Positions 9,937-20,190 of a stretch of DNA of 64,000 bases are shown here, piece after piece. A program made the translations under genes and the position numbers. The notes beneath the pieces are model-generated. The model ran no database searches and was not told where the DNA came from. It was given only the letters and a program-made list of their open reading frames with translations. How positions within the stretch are numbered: the stretch's first letter is position 1; the number at the start of each line of letters is the position of its first letter. The stretch is from assembly GCA_963745035.1 (NCBI GenBank), contig CAVUVW010000014.1, forward strand, positions 768,001-832,000, written 5' to 3'. The DNA comes from an uncultured delta proteobacterium. Its GTDB lineage: Bacteria > Desulfobacterota > Binatia > UBA9968.

Positions 9937-11118
9937 ATGACAATACCCTTCCGGCCGCGCTGGTATTTTTTCGTCGCGCTCGTCTCCATGACGTTCATCG
10001 GGCCGCTCTCGCTCCATCTGTTTATTCCGGCCATGCCGGCGGTGAAGGAGGCCTTTGGCGTCTCGACCGGCATGGCGCAGCTCACGATGTCGCTCGCGAT
10101 GCTGTCGATGGCGTTCTTTACGGTCGCGTACGGCGGCTTGTCCGACCGCTTCGGGCGCAAGCGCGTGCTCCTCGGCGGGCTGGTGCTGTTTACCTGCGGC
10201 GCGGCTGCCTGCATGGTCGCCGGCAACCTGCCGATGCTGCTGGCGGGGCGCATATTGCAGGGAGCGGGAGCCGGTTGCGGCGTCGTGCTGGCGCGCGCCA
10301 TCGCGCGCGATGTCTACGGCCAGGAGCGCGTTGCCCAGGTGATCGCGTATCTCACTGCCGCCTACGTGCTCGGCCCGATGTTTGCGCCACTGATCGGCGG
10401 CCAACTGACGACGCTGTTCGGCTGGCGCGCGCTGTTCGTGCTTGCGTCGGTCGTGGGTCTGCTGGTGATCCTCGCGGTGACCTTCGCGGTGCCGGAAACC
10501 CGCGCTCGCAGCGCCGCTGCACCGCGCAGTGTATTCGCAGGCTACAAGTCGCTGCTGATGCGGCGCCGCTTCGTGGGCTTCATGCTACAGCCCGGACTGT
10601 CGTCGGCCGCCTTCTTTACTCAGGCGACCGCGGCATCGTTCCTCGCCGCCGAGCATCTCGGCGCCGATGCATCCGAGATCGGCCTGTGGTTCTTCGCCTT
10701 TCCGATCGGCTTCATGGCAGGAAGTTTCATCTCAGGTCGCATCGGCGCCAGCCGTTCGATCGAATTCATGACCATGCTGGGCGGCTTGCTCGGTGTCGCC
10801 AACGGCGCTCTACTCGTCGGCTGGCTCTATTTCGGCGGCGTCTCGATGGCCGCGCTCTACATCCCCGGCATGTTCGTCAGCCTCGCTCAGGGACTCTCCA
10901 TGCCATACGCGCAAGCCGGCGCGATGGCGGTCGATCCTCAACTTGCCGGCTCGGCTTCCGGCGCGGTGGTGTTCTCGCAGTTCTTCTGGCCGGCGGCGCT
11001 GCAGCAGCTCACCGGGTTGCTCGCGGACGGCACCTGGCTGCCGATGGCGTCGGTACACTGCGCCGCCGTGACCGGAGCGCTGCTCGCCGCCTGGATGGCG
11101 GTGCGAGCGAAGAGCTAG
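9937..11118 (+). CDS. Bcr/CflA-family MFS drug efflux transporter
   Basis: GGLSDRFGRKRV motif A, GRILQG, ARAIARD, about 12 TM segments. Confidence 0.88.
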   Translation: MTIPFRPRWYFFVALVSMTFIGPLSLHLFIPAMPAVKEAFGVSTGMAQLTMSLAMLSMAFFTVAYGGLSDRFGRKRVLLGGLVLFTCGAAACMVAGNLPMLLAGRILQGAGAGCGVVLARAIARDVYGQERVAQVIAYLTAAYVLGPMFAPLIGGQLTTLFGWRALFVLASVVGLLVILAVTFAVPETRARSAAAPRSVFAGYKSLLMRRRFVGFMLQPGLSSAAFFTQATAASFLAAEHLGADASEIGLWFFAFPIGFMAGSFISGRIGASRSIEFMTMLGGLLGVANGALLVGWLYFGGVSMAALYIPGMFVSLAQGLSMPYAQAGAMAVDPQLAGSASGAVVFSQFFWPAALQQLTGLLADGTWLPMASVHCAAVTGALLAAWMAVRAKS

Positions 11119-11132
11119 TGTTTTAAGCACAG

Positions 11133-11275
11133 TTGTCCTGAGCGCCGTCGAACTATGAGCGGAGTTTTTACAAGTCTGCCGCAAGGGAAAAATCCTTCTT
11201 AGATCCCTCACATCTCGTTCGGGACGACACGCCGGGCGTGTCGCTTGGCGCCCTTGCGCCTTGGCGCGAGCAACT
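11133..11275. repeat. composite REP-like intergenic element
   Basis: gtcctgagc..gtcgaa, aaatcyttcttagatcyctcacat, acgacacg..cgtgtcgcttg, ttgcgccttggcg; repeated at 13438-13597 and partly at 43408-43520. Confidence 0.75.
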
Positions 11276-11295
11276 CCTGATCCCAGGCGAATTAG

Positions 11296-12180
11296 CTAAC
11301 CAAGCTCGAATTCCGCGCTCTGGATGTCCCCGCCCCAGACGTCCACTGGAGTGCCGCTGGGGTAGACGATCGGTTGATGAGCCGCGTCATCGAGACGGCG
11401 GTGGGCCCAACCAAACTCTACGGCAAAACCTCCCGGGGTTTGCACGTAAACATGTACGGTTTGACAATTGGGATGGCGGCCTGGTCCCATGCCGATCGGT
11501 GCTCCGTGGGTGCGCATGAAGTGATACGTGCGCATGACGTCGTCGAGCGAATCGACTTCGAACATCACATGTTGCAGGCGGGGAGACTTCCCCGGCATGC
11601 ACGGCGCGAAAGCGATGCTGTGATGCCGCGCGTTGCAGCGCAGGAAACACAAGCGAATATGGTCGTCGATGCAGACCCAGTCGCTCAAGCGAAAGCCCAG
11701 CACACCGGTGTAAAAATCGTGCGACCGCTGGGTATCCTTAACCGTGAGCAGTGCGTGACCCAAGCCTGTGACGTTGAGCGCGCGCGTGTACCGCACAGGC
11801 TCTTTCTCGGTCTCGAAGCCGTACGATAGAGCCAGAGAATGGCCGTCGGGATCCTTGAACTCGATAAAGTCGGCCACCTGCCGTTCGAGACATTCCTCCC
11901 GGCTGCCTGGGCGCCAGTTTATGGCTTTGGCCGCGAGCCTAGTTTTCCACTCGGAAAGCGCGTCGGGCCCGCCGACGTCAAAGGAAATGTAATTCAGCAC
12001 GGGCTCGGGAGCGGTGCGCGCGGCCAGGCGATGTGGATAGCGATCGACCCGCGTGTAGGTAACGGTTCCGTCGGGCGAGTTGTTGGTCGGAAAACCAAGT
12101 ATGTCACGAGAGAAACGCGCGAACGTTTCGCGATCCGGCATGCCGACACCAATCTGCATAATCTCTTTTATCGTGCTCAT
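11296..12180 (-). CDS. extradiol ring-cleavage dioxygenase (BphC/HsaC-like VOC)
   Basis: GLGHALL, FLRCNARHHSIA, LQHVMFEV, GRHPN, YVQTPGGFAVEFG metal ligands. Confidence 0.88.
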   Translation of the reverse strand: MSTIKEIMQIGVGMPDRETFARFSRDILGFPTNNSPDGTVTYTRVDRYPHRLAARTAPEPVLNYISFDVGGPDALSEWKTRLAAKAINWRPGSREECLERQVADFIEFKDPDGHSLALSYGFETEKEPVRYTRALNVTGLGHALLTVKDTQRSHDFYTGVLGFRLSDWVCIDDHIRLCFLRCNARHHSIAFAPCMPGKSPRLQHVMFEVDSLDDVMRTYHFMRTHGAPIGMGPGRHPNCQTVHVYVQTPGGFAVEFGWAHRRLDDAAHQPIVYPSGTPVDVWGGDIQSAEFELG

Positions 12181-12456
12181 GGTAGATTTCCTTTCGCCGC
12201 AAAACACCGCGGCGGAAATATATTCTCTTAATCGCTCAGGTTCTACAACAGGTCTCAGCTCAGAAAGGACGCGATCCGATGGCGAGCAGCAACGTTATAT
12301 GTCCGGGCAAATTCAGGGATAATCAAGATATCATTAAAAGAACCCGAGGTTATGACTCCGATGCCACGATGACTGAGACAGACAACTTGGTTGACACGGT
12401 TAACAAAACTCATTTACAGTCAAATATACTTTTGAGATACAACGAAGGAGGTCGGT

Positions 12457-13320
12457 ATGATCGTCGAGAACCATGCCAAGGGACAAATCTCGTGGCCCAA
12501 TAAGGATCGCGTCGCCGTCGCGGTTACTTTTGACTTTCAGGGCGGCGAGCCGGTGCGGCCGGGAGCGAACGGAAAGTTAAACAACGAGGACTACGCGGAA
12601 GGAGAATACGGACCGAAGACCGGCATCTGGCGGATCCTGCGCATGCTCGACGAGGTCAACGTCAAGACCACTTTTCTCACCTGCGGCGGGATCGCGGAAA
12701 GATACCCCGACGCAATGAAAGCGATCGCCGAGCGCGGCCATGAAGTCGCGGGGCACGGCTACCACCATGAAATTGCCCGCGATCTGACCCGCCAGGAAGA
12801 AAAGGATTGCATCCGGCGCACCACCGACATGCTCATGAAGCGAACCGGAAAAGCTCCGATCGGTTGGCGCACGTGCACGCAGAGCGACGACACCGTCGAG
12901 CTGCTGATGGAAGAAGGGTACGTGTGGAACAGCAATTCGTTCGCCGACGATCTGCCGTTCGTGTGGGAAAACGAAGAGTCGCGGCTGGTCGAGCTGCCGC
13001 GCCAGCCGTTCGGCGACGGCCGACTCTATGGACATCAGAACCGGGCGGGCGATCATCCGGAGAACGCGCTCCGGCTATGGAAGCGCTTCTTTGACGACCT
13101 TTACGCCGAATCGGCGAGGGCGCCGATGTTCACGACCTTCCAACTGCATCCGTATGTGTCGAGCCGGCTCGGCAGAACCAGCGCGCTCAAAGAAATGATC
13201 GAATACATGAAGGCCCACCATGGCGTGTGGTTTGCCACCGGCATAGAAATCGCGGAATGGTGGCTCGAGCAAAACTTTTCAGAAAAACCCGCGCGCCTGC
13301 GCATGGCCGCGGCTTCCTGA
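12457..13320 (+). CDS. polysaccharide deacetylase (NodB/PuuE-like) family protein
   Basis: TFDF, EYG...GIWRI, GHEVAGHGYHH, LHPYVSSR. Confidence 0.85.
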   Translation: MIVENHAKGQISWPNKDRVAVAVTFDFQGGEPVRPGANGKLNNEDYAEGEYGPKTGIWRILRMLDEVNVKTTFLTCGGIAERYPDAMKAIAERGHEVAGHGYHHEIARDLTRQEEKDCIRRTTDMLMKRTGKAPIGWRTCTQSDDTVELLMEEGYVWNSNSFADDLPFVWENEESRLVELPRQPFGDGRLYGHQNRAGDHPENALRLWKRFFDDLYAESARAPMFTTFQLHPYVSSRLGRTSALKEMIEYMKAHHGVWFATGIEIAEWWLEQNFSEKPARLRMAAAS

Positions 13321-13437
13321 TTCGAACACGCAGCGCGCGGATGCCGAGCGAAACTTTCTCCGCCTCAGCCGGCATCCGCGCTCCCTTCTCACATTTTCCC
13401 GATGCGCGTCCAAATCTCGGAGTATCTCGCGTAAAGC

Positions 13438-13597
13438 ATGTCCTGAGCGACGCCGAAGGGCCGCGAAGACCGCGACGGAAACCCTGCTTGTCATCATTTC
13501 GAACGAAGAGAGAAATCTTTCTTAGATCTCTCACATTTCGGTCGAGACGACACGCACCGCGTGTCGCTTGACGCCTTTGCGCCTTGGCGGGAGAATT
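13438..13597. repeat. composite REP-like intergenic element
   Basis: Homologous to 11133-11275; includes tcatttcgaacgaagagagaaatct. Confidence 0.75.
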
Positions 13598-13961
13598 TCT
13601 GAATCCGAACGTCCAGCGCAGGACCAGGCTGGCTCAAGTCATTCGCGTCGGGAGCTTGAAGGACGGCAAGGTGACCATCTTCGTGCCGCCGCACAAAACT
13701 GACGGGTTAGCTGGTTCATGCCCATGCTTAGGTTTGATAGGGAAGATTTTTGCAGTATTCATCAACTCCAGACTTGAGCCCTCGGGTGAGCCTTTCTGAA
13801 CCCGGGAGCCGGCGTGCGATTTACGAGGTGCGCGCCGCAGTTTTGATTCAACGCGTAATTTTTACGGTGGATTTGATTTTGCAATTTACTGCTGAAAGGC
13901 CCGGCGTCCTATTGCGCTGCGGCCAGCCTAAATTGTCATGTATCCACCCTCGGAGGTGCGC

Positions 13962-14945
13962 ATGCTGCGCTTGACCTTGGCTGCCGGCCACTATGATCGG
14001 ACAGAGGCGCTCCGCGACGGTCGGGTCCGCGCAGAGGGCATCGACTTGAGCTACATCATGCTGCGCGTGGAAGAAATTTTCTGGCGCATGGCTCAGCACC
14101 GCGAGTTCGACGCCTCGGAGTTCTCGCTCGGCGGGTATGTGGTGCGCCGCGGGCGCGGCGCCGACGACCTCGTCGCGATCCCGGTTTTTCCGTCGCGCTT
14201 CTTCCGGCAGTCGTGCATCTTCGTCCACGAGGGCTCGGGCATCCGCAGCCCGGAGGGCCTTCGCGGCAAGCGGATCGGCGTACCCGAGTACCAGATGACG
14301 GCCGCGGTGTGGGCGCGCGGTATCCTGGCAGACGACTATGGGGTACGTGCCGCCGATGTTGAATGGGTGCAAGGCGGGCTCGAGGAGCCCGGGCGCGTTC
14401 CATTCGAGCCCGCCGAGCCGGCGGGAGTCACGGTGGGCTTCGCGCCCGCGGACCGCTCGCTGGCGCAAATGCTGGAGAGCGGAGAGATCGACGCGCTGGT
14501 CACGGCCAGGACGCCCTCGACATTTCAGCGGGGTGGTAGGGCGGTGCGGCGGCTCTTCGGGAATCCTTTCGAGGTCGAGCGCGACTATTTCCGCCGAACC
14601 GGCATTTTCCCAATCATGCACACCCTGGTGGTCAAGAAAGAGATCCTCGAGGCCAACCCCTGGGTCGCGTTTACCTTGTTTAAGGCCTTCTCGGAAGCCA
14701 AGGATCTGGCGATGGCGGACCTGACCCAGACAAGCGCACTGCCGCTCAGTCTACCGTTCCTCGTCGAGCACGCCTACCAGACCATGGACCTGATGGGCGA
14801 GGACTTCTGGCCATACGGACTTGAGAACAATCGGCGCACGCTCGAGACGTTCGTGCGCTACATGCACGAGCAAGGACTGATCCCACAGCCGATGACAGTC
14901 GAAACCCTGTTCCCGCAGAGCACGCAGCGGACGTTCAGGGTGTGA
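13962..14945 (+). CDS. 4,5-dihydroxyphthalate decarboxylase-like / ABC substrate-binding-fold protein
   Basis: YDRTEAL, EEIFWRM, IPVFPSR, GVPEYQMTAAVW, GIFPIMH, GEDFWPYG..NR. Confidence 0.85.
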   Translation: MLRLTLAAGHYDRTEALRDGRVRAEGIDLSYIMLRVEEIFWRMAQHREFDASEFSLGGYVVRRGRGADDLVAIPVFPSRFFRQSCIFVHEGSGIRSPEGLRGKRIGVPEYQMTAAVWARGILADDYGVRAADVEWVQGGLEEPGRVPFEPAEPAGVTVGFAPADRSLAQMLESGEIDALVTARTPSTFQRGGRAVRRLFGNPFEVERDYFRRTGIFPIMHTLVVKKEILEANPWVAFTLFKAFSEAKDLAMADLTQTSALPLSLPFLVEHAYQTMDLMGEDFWPYGLENNRRTLETFVRYMHEQGLIPQPMTVETLFPQSTQRTFRV

Positions 14946-15021
14946 CGCGAAGCGGGAAAGCCAATTGGGTCTGCCTTTCAAGTCTCCAGTTTCTGAGCGA
15001 AGCCGTGAGAAGCAGCTGTGA

Positions 15022-15576
15022 TCATCCTTCTTGCAGGATCGCTTCGGCGTCGATCGTGATCTCAACCATGTTGCCGGCGACGACGCCACCCCTGTCTAAA
15101 GTGCTGTTCCATCTCACGCCGAAGTCGTGGCGATTGATCATGGTGGTGGCGGAAAAGCCCGCCCTAGTCTTCGGACCCTTATCCACGCCATCTTCCCACC
15201 ATGGAGTCTGCCACTGTCCTAGATAATGGACGCGCAGCGGCACCGTGCGGGTTATACCTCGAATCGTCAACTCGCCCGTGAGAACCGCTTCGTCCGCGCC
15301 GGTCAATTCCACGTGCTTCCCTGCGAAGGTAATCTTCGGATGTTTCTCCACGTTGAGAAAGTCCTCGCTCTTGAGGTGGGCGTCGCGCGCCGCTTCACCT
15401 GTCCAAATTCCAGAAGCTTCGATCGTGGCCTCGACGGAAGTCGCGCCCGGGTCCGCCTGATCGAAGACAAGCGTGCCGTGAATATCTTTGAAATGGCCGC
15501 GGACGAAAGTCACCATCATATGACGCACAGAAAACTCCGCCGCGGTATGCCCGGGTTCGAAAAACCATTTGGCCAT
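15022..15576 (-). CDS. YceI family protein
   Basis: F.VRHMM...VRG.F, RDAHLKSEDF, GELTIRGIT, INRHDFG. Confidence 0.92.
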   Translation of the reverse strand: MAKWFFEPGHTAAEFSVRHMMVTFVRGHFKDIHGTLVFDQADPGATSVEATIEASGIWTGEAARDAHLKSEDFLNVEKHPKITFAGKHVELTGADEAVLTGELTIRGITRTVPLRVHYLGQWQTPWWEDGVDKGPKTRAGFSATTMINRHDFGVRWNSTLDRGGVVAGNMVEITIDAEAILQEG

Positions 15577-15861
15577 AATCCGCTCCTTTCAAGTAAAGAC
15601 ATTATCTCGACTCGTTTTACCCTAACGCCTACCGCACCGGATTCAATCTCATCAGCCGGTTTTCGAGGCAACAGGCATTAGGCAGCAGGCAACAGGGAAA
15701 CATCCCAGCGGAAGTTGCTTTTTAAGCCCGCTCCCTTCGGAGCACACAATTCCGCTCGGGCCGAGTCACGATTCGGTCACGGTCTTACAGTTCAGCGTTG
15801 CAGCTTGTTCACGTGGCACGGTCCGTGTAATAGTCCGGTCATCACTGCCGAGGAGTCAGCC

Positions 15862-16824
15862 ATGGAGAGCAGAGCCGGAAGTGCGCAGCATCAACGACCC
15901 CGCTTCGGTTACTTGCACCATATCAGTCTACCGTGCCGCGATGTGGAAGAATCAAAGCGATTTTATACCCAGGTATTGGGTGGGGAACTCTACCATGACA
16001 TTCCGGGATTCGCCGAGGTACGCATCGCCGACATTATCTTCGGCATGTCTCAGCAATCCGGCGGTTGGACGGGGCCGACGGTGGAGTACCCGCATTACGG
16101 ACTGAATGTCGACGGAAGAAATTTTGCGCTGGCCCGCCGCTGGCTCGAGGCATGCGAAGTGCCTCAGCACGGCTGGACTCGAAACCACAAAACCGCGCTC
16201 CTCTATTTTCGCGATCCTTCCGGCAATCTACTCGAGATCTACTGCGACAGCGGCTACGAAGACATTGGCGAGCTGGCGCTCGGACCGCGCCAGGGCGGGA
16301 CACCGCTGCCGCTGGAAGCGCTCCAGTATCGATGGAACGGAACCGTGGGAAATGCCGCCGAGCGGCCGCGCATCCATTCCTTCGGTCACCTCAGCATGCC
16401 GGTGCGCGACATCGAACAATCCAAGCGCTTCTTCATCGAGGTGATGGGCGGCGAACCGATGTCAACGAGCGATCCAGAGACGTTCACCGAGGTTCGCGTC
16501 GCCGGCGCGGTCGTCGGCTTGTCGACGCGCGGGGGCGCGCCGACTGGGCGCGATGTCGAATATCCGCATTACGCGTTTCACGCCGACGCGGAGAATTTCC
16601 TGCCGATGATCGAGTGGCTCAAATCCCGCGGGGTGGTCACGCCGGGCCCGTGGACGCGCGACGGCAAGAAAGCTTTGATGTACTTTCGCGATCCATCCGG
16701 AAACCTGCTCGAGATCTATTGCAGCGGCGATTTTCCGGCAGCGTCGACTTTTCCGCGCGGCATCAAGCAAGGCGGTACTTACAACACGGATTACGCCGAT
16801 TTGTACTACGACTGGCGCGGCTAG
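15862..16824 (+). CDS. tandem VOC/glyoxalase domain protein
   Basis: Two internal repeats H.S.P.RD.E.SKRF...EYPHY...WTR....AL.YFRDPSGNLLEIYC. Confidence 0.85.
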   Translation: MESRAGSAQHQRPRFGYLHHISLPCRDVEESKRFYTQVLGGELYHDIPGFAEVRIADIIFGMSQQSGGWTGPTVEYPHYGLNVDGRNFALARRWLEACEVPQHGWTRNHKTALLYFRDPSGNLLEIYCDSGYEDIGELALGPRQGGTPLPLEALQYRWNGTVGNAAERPRIHSFGHLSMPVRDIEQSKRFFIEVMGGEPMSTSDPETFTEVRVAGAVVGLSTRGGAPTGRDVEYPHYAFHADAENFLPMIEWLKSRGVVTPGPWTRDGKKALMYFRDPSGNLLEIYCSGDFPAASTFPRGIKQGGTYNTDYADLYYDWRG

Positions 16825-17044
16825 GTTCGTACATTACTGCCACGGGCCGTCACGTCCTAGAGCAATCCTTCAGCGTGAAGTCGCGGCTGACGCGGCATCG
16901 TCGTCGCGCAGCATTAGTAATAGTAGACCTAGGCAAGTCTGACACGAATGCTCCTCAGTTGTGATCACGCCTGTTGTGAATCATGATCCGCGATTTGCCG
17001 GATTACGCATGGGTTCAATTACGCATATTTGAAGGAGGCATCGT

Positions 17045-17491
17045 ATGAGACGGATTGTTTTCGTACTGGTTGCGGTTGTAGCGTTGGCCGGCATGGTCGC
17101 CTACATGGCCCCCGCATCTGGACAGGCCAAAAAAGGGACACGGGACGACTTGGCGGGCAAGCTTGCTCGGCGCGAGGTCCAACGCTCGCCCTTATCGATT
17201 CCAAAACGCGAGATGGTGCAGGTGGAGACGTTGATTCCGGCGGGAGTCGAGTCCGGATGGCACATTCATCCAGGAGAAGAGGTCGGCTACATCATCGCAG
17301 GCCAGGTCGAGATGATGGTACAGGGACGTACGACCGTAGTACTGAACCCGGGCGATGGATTCCTGATCCCGCCGCGGACCCCTCATAATGCGCGCGACAT
17401 CGGCCCGGAAACCGGGCGGATGCTGTCGACTTATATCGTCGAGACAGGCCAGCCGATCGCGACGTTCGTGGACAAACCCGTTCAGAGATAG
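17045..17491 (+). CDS. secreted cupin domain protein
   Basis: Signal peptide; HIHPGEE...PGD...IP...PH cupin motifs. Confidence 0.85.
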   Translation: MRRIVFVLVAVVALAGMVAYMAPASGQAKKGTRDDLAGKLARREVQRSPLSIPKREMVQVETLIPAGVESGWHIHPGEEVGYIIAGQVEMMVQGRTTVVLNPGDGFLIPPRTPHNARDIGPETGRMLSTYIVETGQPIATFVDKPVQR

Positions 17492-17541
17492 CTCGTGCTA
17501 GCGAGGGTCATAGGATGCCATCTGCTCAAGACCGTGCCTGT

Positions 17542-17618
17542 AATCGACGACGGAGTTGAAGTTTCGCAGCGCCCAGGTCTCGGCGGGATACAGAAGATGA
17601 TCTGATTGCACGGTACAG
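17542..17618 (+). repeat. decayed 3' tail of a mandelate racemase/enolase-family gene, copy 1
   Basis: IDDGVEVSQRPGLG..DDLIARY; homologous to 25187-25271. Confidence 0.6.
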
Positions 17619-17943
17619 CGAAGTCCGACGGTGAGTAGCCGGCGGCAGCGTCAGACCTTCCGCTCCTCGGAGATCGTACCGCAGGTCATTTTCATCTTTT
17701 CGCATGGTTCGTTAGCTGTCCCACCCTCAGTCACCACGAAACACTCTTTGAATAATCTCTATTCGCTTCTCGTCTCCATCGTCAGGGGTTATTTGCGTTG
17801 TCGTTAACCCTGTCAGAATCACTTTGCTACTACACCACGGCGCTCGGCCGGTTGACGCCGCGGCCTATTTTTGGGTACGTTGCGTCCCGGATCCCCGGAG
17901 GCTCGTTGTCCTGCAACGCGAGGCGCGGCGGAAAAAAGGATTT

Positions 17944-19917
17944 ATGGTCAAATCTCATCATTTACACGGACTGAGCGCATCCGATTTTGCGGGGTCGGCG
18001 GCGCGCCGTTTGGTCTATTGCGGAGACAACGAGATTGCAAGGTCACTGAAAGGACAGAATAGTGACTGGATCATTGCTCCGTTGCCGAAGACATTCAGCG
18101 ACAGTCCGGCGGTCGTTGTCGCCGATGATCTAAAGGTCTTCACCGACGACTTGCGCGACGCGGTCGCGAACGATCACGCCCGGTTCATTTACCTATCCCA
18201 GTCGGCGGAAAATCTGTCCGACGCGCCGCAGGTTCTCCCGGTCTTTGGTTTTCTGGCAGGTCCGGTGCGCATCGAGACGCTTTGTCGCGTTATTGCGGCG
18301 GCATTCGAAAATCTCGCGCTGAGTCACCGGCAAGCGCGGCTCGAAAGCGAGCTCGAGCGCGCCAAAAGCGAGATCCATCAGCTCAACGAAATCGGCATAG
18401 CGCTCTCGACGGAACGAGATCGCGAAGCGTTGCTTGACCTGATCCTGCAGAAGAGCCGAGAAATTACCAACAGCGACGCGGGTTCGCTCTATTTGGTCGA
18501 GCAAGACGACCAAGGGGGCAGGCGGCTGCTCTTCAAGTTTGCGCAAAATGACAGCATGAATATTTCCTTCCGTGAATCGGTCCTGCCTTTGGATAGTTCG
18601 AGCGTGGCCGGTTACGTCGCTACGACCGGCAATGAGATTCGTCTTGCCGATGTCTATCAAATCCCACCGTCTTTTCCTTTTGACTTCAATCGCAAATTCG
18701 ACGAGGAAACCGGCTACCGCACCAAGTCGATGCTCGCCGTGCCGGCGAAGGATCCTCGCGGCGAGATTATCGCGGTGGTCCAACTGATTAATTGCAAGCG
18801 CAATTTCGATGCGCGGCTAGGTCAACAAAACGTCGACGACATCGTGATTTCTTTTCCGGAAGAGTGCCTTGTTCTCCTCAGATCCCTGGCGAGTCAAGCG
18901 GCGGTGGCGATCGAAAATATCCACCTCTACGAAAGCATCGAAACGTTGTTCGAAGGCTTTGTCCGGGCCTCGGTGAGCGCCATCGAGTCCCGCGATCCGA
19001 CAACCCATGGCCACTCCTTCCGTGTCGCGGATCTCACCGTCGGATTGGCGCAGGCCGTGGATCGCGACGACTCACGTGATTTTCGCGACATCCACTTCAG
19101 TCGCGCGGAGATGAAGGAAGTACGCTACGCGTCGCTGCTGCATGATTTCGGAAAAGTGGGCGTGCGCGAGGAGATTTTAGTCAAGGCAAAAAAACTCTAC
19201 CCTCTCCAGCTCGAGCTCGTGAAAGAGCGCTTCGCCTACGCGCGCAAGGAAATGGAGTGGCGGCAGAGCGAGCGACGGCTAGCCTACCTCTTGGAAAAAG
19301 GGCGGGAGGAGTTTCTCCGGCGGCAGCCCGAGTACCAGCGAGAGCTCGAAGAACAGTTGCGGGAAGTCGATGAGTTCCTGGCATTCATCGTGAAATGCAA
19401 CGAGCCGACGGTTTTACGCGACGGCAATTTCAAACAATTGCAAGAATTCGCGGCGCGGGAGTTCGTTGATTCAACAGGACGACACCGCTCCTTGCTTTCG
19501 GACCAGGAGTTGCAGTTGCTTTCGATTTCACGGGGTAACTTGGACGACGGAGAACGCCGTCATATTGAATCTCATGTGACTCACACACTCAATTTTTTAA
19601 GCCGGATCCCCTGGACCACGGAAATTAAAAACATTCCGGCGATCGCCTCGGCTCATCACGAGAAGCTTGATGGTACCGGCTATCCAAACAACTTGTCTGC
19701 CGCTGACATTCCGATTCAATCCAAGATGATGACGATCGCGGATATTTACGACGCGTTATCAGCGGCCGACCGTCCCTACAAAAAGGCGGTGGCGTCGGAG
19801 TTAGCGCTCGATATTCTCTTCGAAGAGGCGAAAGAGGGGCGAGTCGACGGTGCATTGCTGAAGCTATTCCGCGATGCGGAGATTTTCCGGGTCGCATCTA
19901 ACCGAAAAGCGTCTTAA
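17944..19917 (+). CDS. GAF + HD-GYP cyclic-dinucleotide phosphodiesterase
   Basis: GAF (FNRKFDEETGYRTKSML), THGHS, LHDFGK, HHEKLDGTGYP, ADIYDAL...RPYK. Confidence 0.9.
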   Translation: MVKSHHLHGLSASDFAGSAARRLVYCGDNEIARSLKGQNSDWIIAPLPKTFSDSPAVVVADDLKVFTDDLRDAVANDHARFIYLSQSAENLSDAPQVLPVFGFLAGPVRIETLCRVIAAAFENLALSHRQARLESELERAKSEIHQLNEIGIALSTERDREALLDLILQKSREITNSDAGSLYLVEQDDQGGRRLLFKFAQNDSMNISFRESVLPLDSSSVAGYVATTGNEIRLADVYQIPPSFPFDFNRKFDEETGYRTKSMLAVPAKDPRGEIIAVVQLINCKRNFDARLGQQNVDDIVISFPEECLVLLRSLASQAAVAIENIHLYESIETLFEGFVRASVSAIESRDPTTHGHSFRVADLTVGLAQAVDRDDSRDFRDIHFSRAEMKEVRYASLLHDFGKVGVREEILVKAKKLYPLQLELVKERFAYARKEMEWRQSERRLAYLLEKGREEFLRRQPEYQRELEEQLREVDEFLAFIVKCNEPTVLRDGNFKQLQEFAAREFVDSTGRHRSLLSDQELQLLSISRGNLDDGERRHIESHVTHTLNFLSRIPWTTEIKNIPAIASAHHEKLDGTGYPNNLSAADIPIQSKMMTIADIYDALSAADRPYKKAVASELALDILFEEAKEGRVDGALLKLFRDAEIFRVASNRKAS

Positions 19918-20190
19918 CCACCGCAGGTGCTGAAGGTTCATCTCTCATGAAGTCTGTCATCGTTCTCTCCGTTCGCGCCTGGGGCGCTGTTTTCATTTTC
20001 CCTGGCCGCGCTCGACCTCACTGTCTCCAGTCATAGGCTGCGTCATCGTCTTTCCTTTCCGCGCGGTGGTGAGATCACAGTCCGCCAAGATCTCCTCCTG
20101 GCTATGCTCCGCGCACCCTGCGGAAGCACTCGCGCAGCTCCTCTGTGAAAAGAGCCGGCTGCTCGAAGGCGGCGAAGGGGTCGCCCTTTT

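Noticed and set aside
15667-15697. 7-mer tandem repeat ggcaaca/ggcatta/ggcagca (similar at 55440-55476)
   Set aside because: Short low-complexity intergenic repeat with no further evidence of function
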